A stretch of 64,000 nt of DNA, taken from NCBI GenBank assembly GCA_951406725.2, contig OX597825.1, positions 77,562,001 through 77,626,000 of the forward strand. Direction: 5' to 3'. The stretch comes from Octopus vulgaris. Its lineage: Eukaryota. The translations under genes were made by a program, and so were the position numbers. This document shows positions 14,283-28,693 of the stretch, piece by piece. A model generated the notes under the pieces. The model was not told the DNA's origin. It saw nothing but the letters and a program-made list of their open reading frames with translations, and searched no databases. Numbering within the stretch: the stretch's first letter is position 1; each line of letters opens with the position of its first letter.

Positions 14283-15089
14283 CATACATACACGCACACA
14301 CATACACACAATCACACGCACAAACATAACATATATACGCATGTATGTATACTTATATATATATACATATATATATTCATATATATACACACACACACAC
14401 ATATATATATATACTCACACACATATATTCACTTGAAAAGCTCATGCATGTTAACAACGTTTCATTATATTTATAAGCTTCTCTTTAATTGAAGTTCGCA
14501 ATAAAAAAGAAAATAAAGCGCAGTTTTTAATTATTCTGCTTCTGATGATGAAATTTTCTATATTTTTAATCACTTTTAAAAAATGAAACCGTGTCTATTA
14601 GGACCTATTGTTATATTATCAAAGGAGTCTACAATGGGCGCGCCGTGTAAGAGATGGCAATCATTACATATCTCGTAAGGTCTGCAGGCGGGGATGGTAT
14701 AGTCGGGTGCAGTATTGGATATCTTACATAGCATCTTTTGTGGGGATCTTCTTGCGTGACCTCATTTTCCAATGGTTAAATAAAGGCGCGATAAGTAAAT
14801 GGGATCCGTTGAATTTAATGATTTAATTTTTATGGAATAGAGAAGCGTTGGAAATGTAAAAGTATGTAAACATACCAGTTATATACTGGGGATTAAAGTT
14901 AGCTACGTAAGCAACTATTAAAAGTATCTGTACAAGAAAATGTAGGCACATAGATACATATAGAGGAAACTATGGACAAATCTCCATACGCCGCTGCACG
15001 GATGTAAACAAACTAACGCCAGCGTACAAGCGATGGACGGAAAAACAAAGGACGCATGAGTGCACACAAGTACGTGAATATATATATAC

Positions 15090-15169
<80 letters not shown>

Positions 15170-15259
15170 GTATGTATGTAGGTATGTATATATGTATATC
15201 TATATATATATATGTATGTAGGTATGTATATAGATAGATATATATATGTATATGTATAT

Positions 15260-15319
<60 letters not shown>

Positions 15320-15324
15320 GTATA

Positions 15325-15401
<77 letters not shown>

Positions 15402-15406
15402 ATACA

Positions 15407-15510
15407 CTAGCCTAAGTACCCGGAGTTGCACGGAAGTTTGAAGAATTTTAAAGGAAATAAATATATAGTTCTGATTTCAGTATGAAAGAAATTATGCTTA
15501 CCAGCTTACG

Positions 15511-15515
<5 letters not shown>
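15407..15515 (-). mobile_element. Short Helitron-type relic (3' end)
   Basis: The minus strand ends CCGTGCAACTCCGGG-tacttagg-CTAG|T, i.e. a subterminal hairpin plus CTAG before T. Confidence 0.5.
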
Positions 15516-15552
<37 letters not shown>

Positions 15553-15844
15553 TCTGCATTGCACGATGCAAAAATATATATTCACAATGCAAAAATATAA
15601 AACAAGCCAACTCATCAGATCATCAGAACAAAGTTTCCGACAACCGGATCCCCTCAGAAGCTCATTGGTCAACCAGAGGCCATAACAGGATCACTTGCCC
15701 AAGATGTAACGCGTTGAGACTGAACCTGGAACTACATGGTTGCAAAGCAAAGTTCTTAATCACACAGCGATTCTTGCACCGACACATATATATTTGTGCA
15801 TTTTGTGCGAGTGTGTGTATGTGTGTGTGTATTAAATATATATT

Positions 15845-16048
15845 GGTTTCGAATTTTGGCACAAGGCCAGCAATTTGGGGGAAGGAGTAAATCAATTTCA
15901 TCGACCCCAGAACTCAACTGCTAGTTATTCTATCGATCCCGAAAAGATGAAAGGCAATTTCGACGTCGGTAGCGTTTGAACTCAGAACTTAAAGGCAGGT
16001 GGAATGCCACTAAGCGTTTTATTCGGCGTGCCAACGATTCTGCCAGCA
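15845..16048 (-). mobile_element. SINE family B
   Basis: CCCGAAAAGATGAAAGGCAA..TCGAC...TTTGAACTCAGAAC...GATTCTGCCAGC. Confidence 0.8.
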
Positions 16049-16054
16049 TATGCA

Positions 16055-16085
<31 letters not shown>

Positions 16086-16122
16086 GCATGTATATATATG
16101 TATATATATGTGTGTATATGTA

Positions 16123-16181
<59 letters not shown>

Positions 16182-16480
16182 GTATATATAATATAAATTA
16201 TATATAAATATATAAATAATATAAATAATGTATAAATAAGTGCATATATACATACATATATGTACATTATATATATATATATACCTATATATAAATATAT
16301 ATATACAACAACACAACATCATAGCTACGACTAGCCTGTCGGCAAAAGAGTGTGTTTGTAGGAGTCGCTACTTCGCATGGCTAAAGTTAATAAAAATAAC
16401 TTATTATCTATTTTGATATTCCTCATGAGTAATCTTCCAGGGGGATTGGAAATAGAAAGGTGCTGTTGTTGTTGATGGGG

Positions 16481-16527
<47 letters not shown>

Positions 16528-17074
16528 GGTGGTGGTGGTGGTGGTAGGTGAGAGAATTCTTTGACTGCCAGTCGCAGAACAAGAGGTGCTTGTTAGTTGC
16601 CACTATTTACCAATATCATGTAGCGATTCTGATCAATAGAATTTACCACTCATTAACAACTTCGACCATAGAATTCTCACCATTCTTTTGCTGCTGGCAC
16701 AACAACAGGATCTCAACATGGACGTTTCGCTTCCAAATCTTTGGTTTTATTCAATTCTATTGAAATTTGCTTCCGAACAACAACCAACAAAAACAAGGAA
16801 AATTTATTAGTGGTGCCTTCTTCCCAAAATAATTCTCATTTGTCTCTCTTTCGGACAGTTTGTAGGTCCATAGGACTCTCTCCCTTTCTCTCTCTTTATC
16901 TTTCTGTCTAGTTACCTAGCTATCTACCTACCTATCTATTAATCAATCTATCAGACTACCTGGCAACCTACCTGTATGCTTACCACTCTGAACATTTATC
17001 TTTCTTCCCTCTATCTGTCTACCTATCTACCTATTTATCTATCTATCTGAGTATCTACCAACGGAATTTATCTA

Positions 17075-17118
<44 letters not shown>

Positions 17119-17122
17119 TCCT

Positions 17123-17165
<43 letters not shown>

Positions 17166-17212
17166 GTCTGTCTATTTATCTATCTAACTATCTAGCTAGC
17201 TCTGTCTCTCTT

Positions 17213-17304
<92 letters not shown>

Positions 17305-17778
17305 TATATGTCAATGTTTTTTCTTTCAGAAAAATGACGTTTTTGTTTCTTAGTTTTGGTTTGCTATAAAATCGCAAAGACGGTTATTACGCTGACACAC
17401 ACACATACACACACAGACGCAAACACATACACATATAAAATGAGAGATTTTGTAACCTCTGCCTTGGCTTTGTTGTCTCATTCTCTTTAACCTATATATA
17501 TGTGTGTGTGTGTGTACACATATACACACATACAAAGGCATTAGTATATAAATATGTATAATATACATATGTATAATATACATATGCGAAATATATACAT
17601 GCACACACACATATATGAATATATAATCATATATATATACATGTCAGTTTATATGTTCATATATATACATACACACATATATATATACACACATACAAAT
17701 GCATTTGTATGTAGATATATGTATAATATACATATGTGAAATGTAGACATGCCTCATACATATATGAATATATATATC

Positions 17779-17836
<58 letters not shown>

Positions 17837-17839
17837 TGA

Positions 17840-17882
<43 letters not shown>

Positions 17883-17914
17883 ATAGAGAGAGAGAGAGAG
17901 AGAGAGAGAGATAC

Positions 17915-17959
<45 letters not shown>

Positions 17960-18475
17960 GTATACATACAGATGTATGTGTGTATGTTTTTGTGTGACAC
18001 ACTACCTCTCAAAACTCGAACCCATTAATTACATATCATCCTAGCATACTAAGACAATTTCGCCATATAATTTATGTAATCATCATAAATCAGGAATCCC
18101 TTAAACGTGCTCAACGTGGCGAGTATGGCGGACATTTCAGAATAACTGCCATACATATATATATGTATGTATGTACATATATATACACATACATGTATGA
18201 ATATTTAAGAAATCCTATGCAATCATATGTGTAGACATAAAGTATGTACAGCCATATATTTTTCGACCTAATAGCTTTCATTTTTCTGCTTAATCATATA
18301 AATGTGAAGTTAAAAATTTTTCCGTGTTCGATAGCTCTTAATATGATGTTAAGCTTAAGTTCTTCCCCGAATCTTTGGGTCGACCAAATTATTGACAATA
18401 AATTGAAATGGATGGAGACTGCTGCGTATTGCTTTATGTCCATGCTTCGATATATACTAATCATAGATACATACA

Positions 18476-18545
<70 letters not shown>

Positions 18546-18620
18546 AACACACATACTAATCATAAGTATACATATATATGTACACAAATATAATATTCAT
18601 ACGTATATTATATTCATATA

Positions 18621-18659
<39 letters not shown>

Positions 18660-18838
18660 GTATATATTCTTTCATTTCTTTGTTTCAATCATTTGAGAGC
18701 GGCCATACTGGGGCACTACTTTCAGTCGAACAAATTTTTGTAAGACTAGTACTTATTCCATCGATATCTTTTTGCCGAATTTCTAGGTCACAGGAACGTA
18801 AACACATAAACATATACATATATATATGTAAGTGTGTG

Positions 18839-18941
<103 letters not shown>

Positions 18942-19925
18942 TGGCTGTCTAGCCAGTCATTGCCGAGCAAATTTTTACAATAAAATGCCTGTTTTAACAT
19001 TTTCTGTTTTTCCATGTGAGACCATATCTTCCCCGACAGTTAGACCTGTTGTCAGGGATGATTTCTGTATTTTTGAGGGCAGTTTATAAGGTTTCTATAT
19101 TTTTCATTTACCACTTGTTGCATTGAGCAAAGGATTTTCCTTACCTCCTAATCTTGAACTTCCAACGCAAAGTTAACCATGGGTTAAACAGGTCTCTTCA
19201 AAGTGTAAACAAGGTGTTAAAATGTTTACTCCTGTGATTTGCTGATGAACATGGCAAAACTAAGACTCACTGTAAATTGAAGTCTTTTAAAGTGAAATGA
19301 CACATCCTTTCTTGAATCCGTGCGACTGAGGCCATTGTGCTCTTCTCATGTAGTCGCTGCAATCTGTGCTTGAGTGTATCTCGGGACTATGCGATGGAGG
19401 CTCATGTTCGAATATCGTCAGGTTTAATTGTTCTTTATTGAGATGCGTCTTGAGCTCGCTGCTGATGCGTTGTGACGGTCTTTCGACTCTGTCACTGTAA
19501 TGAAATTCCTTACACCCATACATAACTACTCACGCACCCACTTAAAAACATACTCAAAATTATCATCATAAATGTGTGTATGTGTGTGTATGTGTGTGTA
19601 TGTGTGTGTGTGTGCACGCCCGTGTGCATGTATATATTATACAATATTTGGGAGATATTTATTATAATGCAATCACCTCATGAAACCATCATGTAGGATC
19701 CCGACAAAAGTAGTATTCTAGTAACCAAAGAAAGAACAGTTATACTTCAAAATACGGTACAGAGGAACATTGTGTAAATACAAGGTATGATTCCGTTTGC
19801 ATGCCATAAGCCTCACAAAGGTATATATTGCATGTATTGTATAACTTTATTTGAGGCATGGAATAAACAACATTCGTTTATAGAAACGTTCGTAACATTG
19901 GTCTGACTTCTCTTTTCCTGAAATC

Positions 19926-19974
<49 letters not shown>

Positions 19975-20402
19975 TAGAACCACGTATATTTATGCACGTA
20001 CGTAAGTTTAGTTGACGTACATAGAATATGTGAAGTTTTCACACAAACATACAGACGCACACAAACACGTATTTTTCACTTCAACAATAAAAAGAATTTC
20101 CTCACAACAAAACGATTCTTTAAGAATTCATTAATGAAGGCAGCCTTCATTAATATAAACACCAAAACCGATCAATTTATCGATGTTTGCAACATTTTTT
20201 GCCTGAAACATCACGCCGAAACATCACTACAGAAAAATTTGAAGTTATTTATTATTGATAGACACCCCCACGATCTTCTATAGAATCTTGTTAAAATCGA
20301 ACCCGTCAGTGAAAGATGTTAACGTTTTTAGAAGCACCGTAATCGTCTACGAATAGAATCCGTCACCGATTCTTTCAAAGAAGTTATATATTATATTTTA
20401 GT

Positions 20403-20776
20403 GGAGGCGCAATGGCCCAGTGGTTAGGGCAACGGACTCGCGGTCGTAGGATCGCGGGTTCGATTCCCAGACCGGGCGTTGTGAGTGTTTATTGAGCGAA
20501 AACACCTAAAGCTCCACGAGGCTCCGGCAGGGTCGTGGTGGTGATCCCTGCTGTACTCTTTCACCACAACTTTCTCTCACTCTTTCTTCCTGTTTCTGTT
20601 GTACATGTATTTCAAAGGGCCGGCCTTGTCACTCTCTGTGTCACCCTGAATATCCCCGAGAACTACGTTAAGGGTACACGTGTCTGTGGAGTGCTCAGCC
20701 ACTTACACGTTAATTTCACGAGCAGGCTGTTCCGTTGATTCGGAACCCTCATCGTCGTAACCGACGGAGTGCTTCC
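20403..20776 (+). mobile_element. tRNA-derived SINE, full length
   Basis: A box TGGCCCAGTGG, B box GGTTCGATTCC, unique middle, and a 3' region of about 170 nt shared with the 60826-61150 element. Confidence 0.85.
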
Positions 20777-21127
20777 ATTCCATATATTATATTTTATGTT
20801 TTATCTCTTAAGTGTTTCAGTTAGTAAAAAGTTTTTGATGAACAAATGTTTAGCCGTTATTAAAAAGAAATACCGTTGAAAGGTAAATCTGGGCAGATTT
20901 TAACGCCGTACCTTTAACAGAAACACAATCAGAGCCACGCGTCTGAGAATCCAAAAGGGGCTGCACTGAGCAGAAATGGTGTTTTTACACCTTCAACTAT
21001 AAGAGATAATTTTTTTCTTCACAGTAACTGCAGTGAATAGTCCTTTAGAAGCTAAAATGTGTCACAAACATATTTCACCTTACCTGAAGTTCGCTTATGA
21101 GAAAATAACACTTGGCGCTGATACAGC

Positions 21128-21173
<46 letters not shown>

Positions 21174-21486
21174 TTTGCTAAAAAGCATTCGTGAAGTAAA
21201 ATCATGTAGCAACACCAAATGGCGGTGCCCCAGCATGGCCACAGTTTGTGAGCTGAAACTAAAAAAAATAATATATATATATATATATATATGTATGTAT
21301 ATATGTATGTATGCATGTATGTATGTATGTATGTATATATATATGCACATATATATATACATATATATATTATATGTGTGCGTATGTGTGTATGTATGTA
21401 TGTATGCATGTATGTATGTATGTATGTATATATATGTATACATATGTGTATGTGTGTATACATACATACATACACACACACATATG

Positions 21487-21534
<48 letters not shown>

Positions 21535-21637
21535 TTTATATACATATATATATGTATAGATGTATGTATATATAAATATATACGAAACAGCAGTAAACGA
21601 ATGGAATAAGCATGTATCCTCTAACCAGACATCTTTG

Positions 21638-21676
<39 letters not shown>

Positions 21677-22263
21677 TGCGTGCGTTTATGTGTGTGTGTC
21701 TTTGTGTTTTGCATTTGTCCACCACCACCGCCTGATAGTCCGGTTTGGTCTGTTTACATTACCTTCACTGACTTTTCGACAAAAGAAAAAAAAAGAAACA
21801 AAGAAACCAATAGAATGAGGACCAATCTAAATAAGAAATACTGGAGTCGATTTTTTCGCCTAAACCACTGAAGGTGGTGGCCCAGCATGGCTGCAGTCCA
21901 ATGACTGAAACAAGTAAAAGATAAAATTTTTAAAATGAGATAAAAGATTTCTACCATCTTTCTCCCTTTAAAACCTCTTACAATCCGCCATTCTGAAGCA
22001 ACCATTTTATGTGTTTTGCAGACGGCAGGTGTTACATTTATGCATCAAGCAGTTTTATAAATCTCACTCCGCTCTACGTTCGCATGGCGAAATAAATAAA
22101 TTTTCGATTTCCTTTCTACCCAGCACGAATCCTTTTATTCAATTCTGAAACTTTTAACACCAGGAACAACATTATCGACCCAAAGTAGACGAAATACAAT
22201 CAGTGGATGTGTTAGACAATTTACATTTCCCCAAACAGATTGGCACGTATGTATATGTGCGTG

Positions 22264-22334
<71 letters not shown>

Positions 22335-22528
22335 GTATACATGTATGTATGTATATATATATATATGTATATACATATAAATATATGTATATATATATGT
22401 GTGTGTGTATATATGTAAGTATATGTATGTGTATGTATATATACAAATGTATATATATGTATTCATGTGTGTATATATATTTATTATTATTATTATATTA
22501 TGTTATATTATAGTATGGTATATATGTA

Positions 22529-22612
<84 letters not shown>

Positions 22613-23105
22613 TTTATACAGACACACACACACATATATATGATATATATATATGTTTTTGTCTGTGTGTGTAAATATATATATATATATTATATTATGT
22701 TATATTATTGTATGTATGTAATTATATATATATATGTACACACACGAAAAGAGGCACACACACACACACAGATATATACACATACATATTATATACATAT
22801 ACTATATATATTTCTTTCCTGCGAGATTGTTGTGTGTGTGAATTCGGCATGTGGCAGTTTGGAGTGTACGGGAGTTAAGGTGTACGAGAGCCTTTAAGAC
22901 TAAAGAAGTAGTTATTTTAGCATTTCTGGAAGATTTTAATGGTTGTTCAAGATGGTAAATTGTAAAAGAAATGTAAAAAAATTAAAAGAGTTAACAAAAT
23001 AACATAAGAAAACAAAAATCCACTTCATTGGTCGTTTTTCAGTTCTGTGTCTCTCACTGTCTTTCAATCTCTGTCTGACAATGTCCAACCTCTTCTCCGT
23101 TACTT

Positions 23106-23167
<62 letters not shown>

Positions 23168-23772
23168 TCTCTTTCACTCACTCTCTTTACATGCCTGCAC
23201 ACATACACACTTACATATACATACACACACATGCACGTATATATGTGTGTATTGGTTAAGCCATAGGAAATTAGAAAGTGAAATATTTCTCATTTTTTTG
23301 AACGGTGGATCTCGAAGCAGGTAAAGCTATAAATAATAGCGTGTAAAGCTATAGCTTTACCTGTTTGGAGTTTCGCTATTCTAAAACAAACGTATGTGTG
23401 TATGTATGTATGTATGTATGTATGTATGTATGTATGTATGTATGTATGTATGTATGTATGCATGTATGTATGTATATACCTATGTGTATATGTGTGTGTT
23501 TATGTATATATGTTTGTTTGTTTGTGCGTGTAAATGCGTGTGTGTGGGTGCATTCATGAACTGCTTTCAGACTTTGGAATGCGGCCATACTGGTGTAGTA
23601 ATGCCTTTATATCTAACCGATTCCTTCATTCAGATTGCTTCCTAACTATGAAGTGTGCATGTCCTAGTAATCAAGGTGTTGCACTCTCGATCTGTTAGGC
23701 CATGGTTTCAATTCCAGTTCTGAGTGACTCGTTTTATGTTTTTGAGCGCAACACTTCATTTCCTTACATTAT

Positions 23773-24320
<548 letters not shown>

Positions 24321-24575
24321 AATAACGTACATAATTCCTCATCTCTTAAATATAAAACTGTACTTCATTTCCTCTTATTCCAATCCACTCTGAAGAAAAT
24401 TAATTTCGGCCACAGCTGAGAAGTGTAGCCTGCGAAAAACAAGCGTTCAGTCTGCAGGCGGGAAGTGCTGCAATGACGAAATTGGCTCCGTCTTCAGCAG
24501 TGCCAACATCAGTCATAAACAGTCACGGCATTGCAGAATTATAATCTGATTATAAACACACACGCAAAAACACAG

Positions 24576-24612
<37 letters not shown>

Positions 24613-24694
24613 ACCCACATGTATATACATATGGATTTGGTAGACGGAAAGTGTATGTTGGCCAGTCGTATGAATGCGTGTGTGTGCGTGTAAC

Positions 24695-24735
<41 letters not shown>

Positions 24736-24876
24736 CGTAGATGTACTTGCATAGCAAGTGAAATGACCTGTAATCGTGTGCTGGAACCAAAACAATTGCA
24801 GTGTGGGAGGTGTTTATAAGCCATTTAAGAAACACACAAAAAAAACCGTTAGTTTCACTTCAACATTTAAATTTAA

Positions 24877-24927
24877 TTTGTCAAAATATTTTCGTCGCTT
24901 TGAGACCGCGACCTTTTCACTGACAAA
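24877..24927 (-). ncRNA. Minimal type-I hammerhead motif, left arm of the fold-back
   Basis: Minus strand: TTTGTCA-GTGAAAA-G-GTCGC(ggtctcaaa)GCGAC-GAA-AATATT-T^TGACAAA. Stem I is 7 bp, stem II is 5 bp and helix III is palindromic; position 8 is A in this copy. Confidence 0.55.
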
Positions 24928-24949
24928 ATTCCCTGCTGCATCTGCATTG

Positions 24950-24996
24950 TGTCAGTGAACAGGTCGCGGTCTCAAAGCGACGAAAATACTTTGGCA
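24950..24996 (+). ncRNA. Minimal type-I hammerhead motif with G3:C8 core swap, right arm of the fold-back
   Basis: TGTCA-GTGAACA-G-GTCGC(ggtctcaaa)GCGAC-GAA-AATACT-T^TGGCA. Confidence 0.6.
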
Positions 24997-25642
24997 AATT
25001 AAATTTTTGGGCAAATTAATTTCCACGCTGCAATTCTTATATATATATATATTGATATAATTAATATAGGCAGCGGTAAGCAAATGTGTAACGAAGAGGA
25101 GAACTATAACTGAGGTTGTTAGAAACACTCTAATGCTGCAGCCAAAGCACATAATTGCATACAAACATGCTGAGAGGGACCATAATCGTCCGAAAAGCAG
25201 TAGTCAAAATATTCCCAGACTGACTGGTCAGTTTCGGCTTTTTCGCGTCATAGGTAGGGTCGGCCGGAGTCAACTATTCTCGGAAGAAGATGTGTGTGTG
25301 TGTGTGTGTCTATGAGAGAGTGTGTGTGTGTGTGTGTGTGTGTGTACACATATTTCTATGCGTGAGCTTTTTTGTACCTTTTTTTTGTCTCCCATGGGCA
25401 ACTTGACAGCAGGTGTTGATTTGCTTACGTCCCCGTAACTTAGCGGTTCGCCGATAAGTGACCGCTACAATAAGTACCAGGCCTGAAAATAGTTACTGGT
25501 GTCGATTTATTCGACTAAACCCCTTCCAGAAGATGACCCAACATGACCTCAGTCCAATGACTGTAAAACTAAAACAGAAATACATACACACACACAGACA
25601 CACATATATATATGCTATTATTGTTATCATTATCGTTGTTAA

Positions 25643-25673
<31 letters not shown>

Positions 25674-25674
<1 letters not shown>

Positions 25675-27466
25675 TATGTTTGACTTTTGCTTTATATTTG
25701 TACAAGTTGGCTCCAAGTCTCACCCAGAGACCTCAAGAGACAACAGGGTTGGAAGTTCATGTTGTTGTTATGCCTAGTGTGCCATATATTTGGGGGGTGG
25801 GGATGTTGTACTAATGAATGTCTAAAAAAAAAAAAAAAAAAAAAAAAGGTTTTTTTTGGTTTTTTTTTAAACCGAAAATTATGTTTGTTTTAAACCTTGA
25901 GATTACATAGAGAGTATTTTGCGTAGGATATGAGCAGTTCCCATGAGCACTATCTTTTGAACTTCTGCCATTTTTGGGTTTCCTGGTATCTGAGTTAGGT
26001 AGCTATCAGCCCCTTTTGCTATCATTCCCAGGGCACCTATGACAACAGGTATTGTTTTAGTCTTCAGCTTCCACATTTTGCTGATTTCTATTTCAAGATC
26101 TTTATATTTGCTCAGTTTTTGGTAGGCCTTGACAGATACGTTTATATCGATTGGGACAGTCATATCAATGAGGAGGCATGTTCTTTGTTTGAAGTTTTTC
26201 AATATGATGTCTGGCCTATTTGCATCTATCTTCCTGTCAGTTTGAATGGTGAAGTTCCAGAGGAGTGAGATGTGGTCATTTTCAAGCACTGGGGGTGGTT
26301 TGTGTTCCCACCAGTTTTTTTCATGGGGCAAATCCAGGTTTTTACAGATTACCCAGTGAATATATTGTGCAGCTCTATCGTGCCTGTTGAGATACTCTGT
26401 AGGCGCTAGAAGACTGCACTTGGAGACCACATGGTCAATGGTTTCATTTTGTTGCTTGCATACACGACACGTTGGACTGCTTCTGATCTTTAATATGTTG
26501 GCCTGGTAGTTTCTTGTTGGTAGGCATTGATCTTGAGCTGCTATGATAAACCCCTCTGTTTCAGATTTTAAGCCAGAGGCCATTAGCCATTGATGGGTCA
26601 GGGCTTTGTCGATATCTGCATTATTCGCTCTCTTTGGGTATTTGCCATAGAGAGGTTTTTCTTGCCATTTATTATTCAGAATATCTAAGGCCGCAGTTTT
26701 GGCACGGGTTTTCATGCGCCTAGCTTTTTCTGTGCTTGTTTCTTGTATATCTATCTCTAATTCCGAAATTGGTTGTATTCGGAGTTCACTTAGATATTCC
26801 TTTGCCTGTTTTGTGACTGAGTATGATGCTTTCTTGTTTTCATGTTTTGAGACAAGTTTTAGCATCCAGTCCTCAGAGTTTTTCAGGTAGGTGTCTAGGC
26901 CAATTGTAGCAATCTTCATTGTTATTGCCAGTTGCAAAAGACCACGGCCTCCCTCTTTTCTTGGCAGATAGAGTCGTTCTGTATCTGCCTTAGGGTGGTG
27001 CATTCTATGCATCGTCAACAGTTTCCTTATTTTTCTGTCGAGCTGACATTTCAGTAATTGACCAGTTAACAATATTGAAACTGTAAGTCACGACTGGTAT
27101 AGCTAATGCATTGATTGCTTCGATCCTGTTTCTTGCATTCAGCTCTGTCTTGAGTATTGCTCTCACTCTTCGATAGCATTCTCTCCTGATCCTTTCCTTC
27201 ATCTCTGAATGCCTTATTCCGTTCCCTTCAATTATCCCTAGGTACTTGTAGCTCTCCGCTGGGTCTAGTTCTTTTATGACATTCTGTTGGTCAAGGTTAA
27301 CGTTAGATGTTTCTGTCATTTTTCCTTTGATAAAGGTAGCCTTTGCACATTTATCGAGGCCGAATTGCATTCTGATGTCGTCACTGAATTGTTTGACTAT
27401 CGCTAGTAAGCCCTTGAGTTGTTGATCATTTTTTGCAAAAAGCTTTAAATCATCCATGTAAACGAG
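25674..27466 (-). mobile_element. 5'-truncated non-LTR retrotransposon, R4/Dong-like (RT C-terminal half + CCHC finger + restriction-like endonuclease), one frameshift
   Basis: It starts just before YMDD (27449-27460): YMDDLKLFAK...MQFGLDKCA. A frameshift near 27047 links this to ORF 25903-27072, which carries CRVC-x8-H-x4-C and the RLE motif RPDII...LIDMTVP...K..KY. A 3' UTR of about 230 nt runs straight into (AAT)n, and the 5' junction also abuts (AAT)n. Confidence 0.92.
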
Positions 27467-27474
27467 TATTGTTA

Positions 27475-27520
<46 letters not shown>

Positions 27521-27534
27521 CATCATCATCATCA

Positions 27535-27637
<103 letters not shown>

Positions 27638-27806
27638 GGCGGCGAGCTGGTGGAATCGTTAGCACACCGGACGAAATGCTTAGCGGCATTTCGTCAGTCT
27701 TCATTTTCTGAGTTCAAATGCCGCCGGGGTCGACTTTGCCTTTCACCCTTTCGTAGTCGATAAATTAAATACCAAAATTTGAGGCCTTGTGCTTCCAGTA
27801 GCAAGA
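27638..27806 (+). mobile_element. SINE family B within an (ATT)n tract
   Basis: GGCGGCGAGCTGG...GAGTTCAAAT (B box)...GTCGACTTTGCCTTTCA.CCTTTCG; flanked by (ATT)n on the left and ATT/(ACT)n repeats on the right. Confidence 0.85.
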
Positions 27807-27811
27807 ATTAT

Positions 27812-27864
<53 letters not shown>

Positions 27865-27868
27865 ATTC

Positions 27869-27961
<93 letters not shown>

Positions 27962-27990
27962 CATTATTGTTGTTGTTGTTGTTGTTTTTA

Positions 27991-28285
27991 TTATTATTAA
28001 GGCAGCAAAAACATTCGTAAAAATATCACAAAAGCAGCTACTCAGAGTTTCATGTTCCCATTCGCCCGACAGTTTAGACTGAGATTGTCAATCCAAACTG
28101 TCCGAAGGACGGGAACGTGAGACACTGAGTAGTAGTTTATTGTGATTTTTTTTTTATTTCTTTGCAGCTGCTTTAATAATAATAAAGCATATTACTCTAC
28201 CTCCGGTATTCGAGTACTATTATTCACACTTTGTTTCACATTTATGTGCTTACTTTGGTATAATGCATATATATATGTAAAATAA

Positions 28286-28321
<36 letters not shown>

Positions 28322-28361
28322 ATTATATACATGTACGTATTTATGTATGTATGTTTGTATG

Positions 28362-28395
<34 letters not shown>

Positions 28396-28619
28396 TGTAT
28401 GTATGTATGTATGTACGTAGAGTGTAGTGTTCCATGATGTTAAGACCAATATATAATACATTCCATCTCGTTGTAGTGAGAGATAAATATCATTTAATAA
28501 ACAGAAAATATATTTTTAAGAGCTACTAATGGACGTGTTATAAATTGCTGTCTGATCTGTTTTAATTTGCATGAAACTGTTTAGTATCTCATAAAAATGT
28601 ATACTGTGTTTATTAAACG

Positions 28620-28693
<74 letters not shown>

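Noticed and set aside
19287-19310. KKGCVISL* as a CaaX prenylation signal
   Set aside because: The Cys is fifth from the end rather than fourth, and the ORF's coding status is unsupported.
20403-20475. tRNA gene-like sequences (also 12868, about 61080-61150, 61893)
   Set aside because: A/B boxes are present, but they continue into SINE bodies and lack a proper acceptor stem and terminator.
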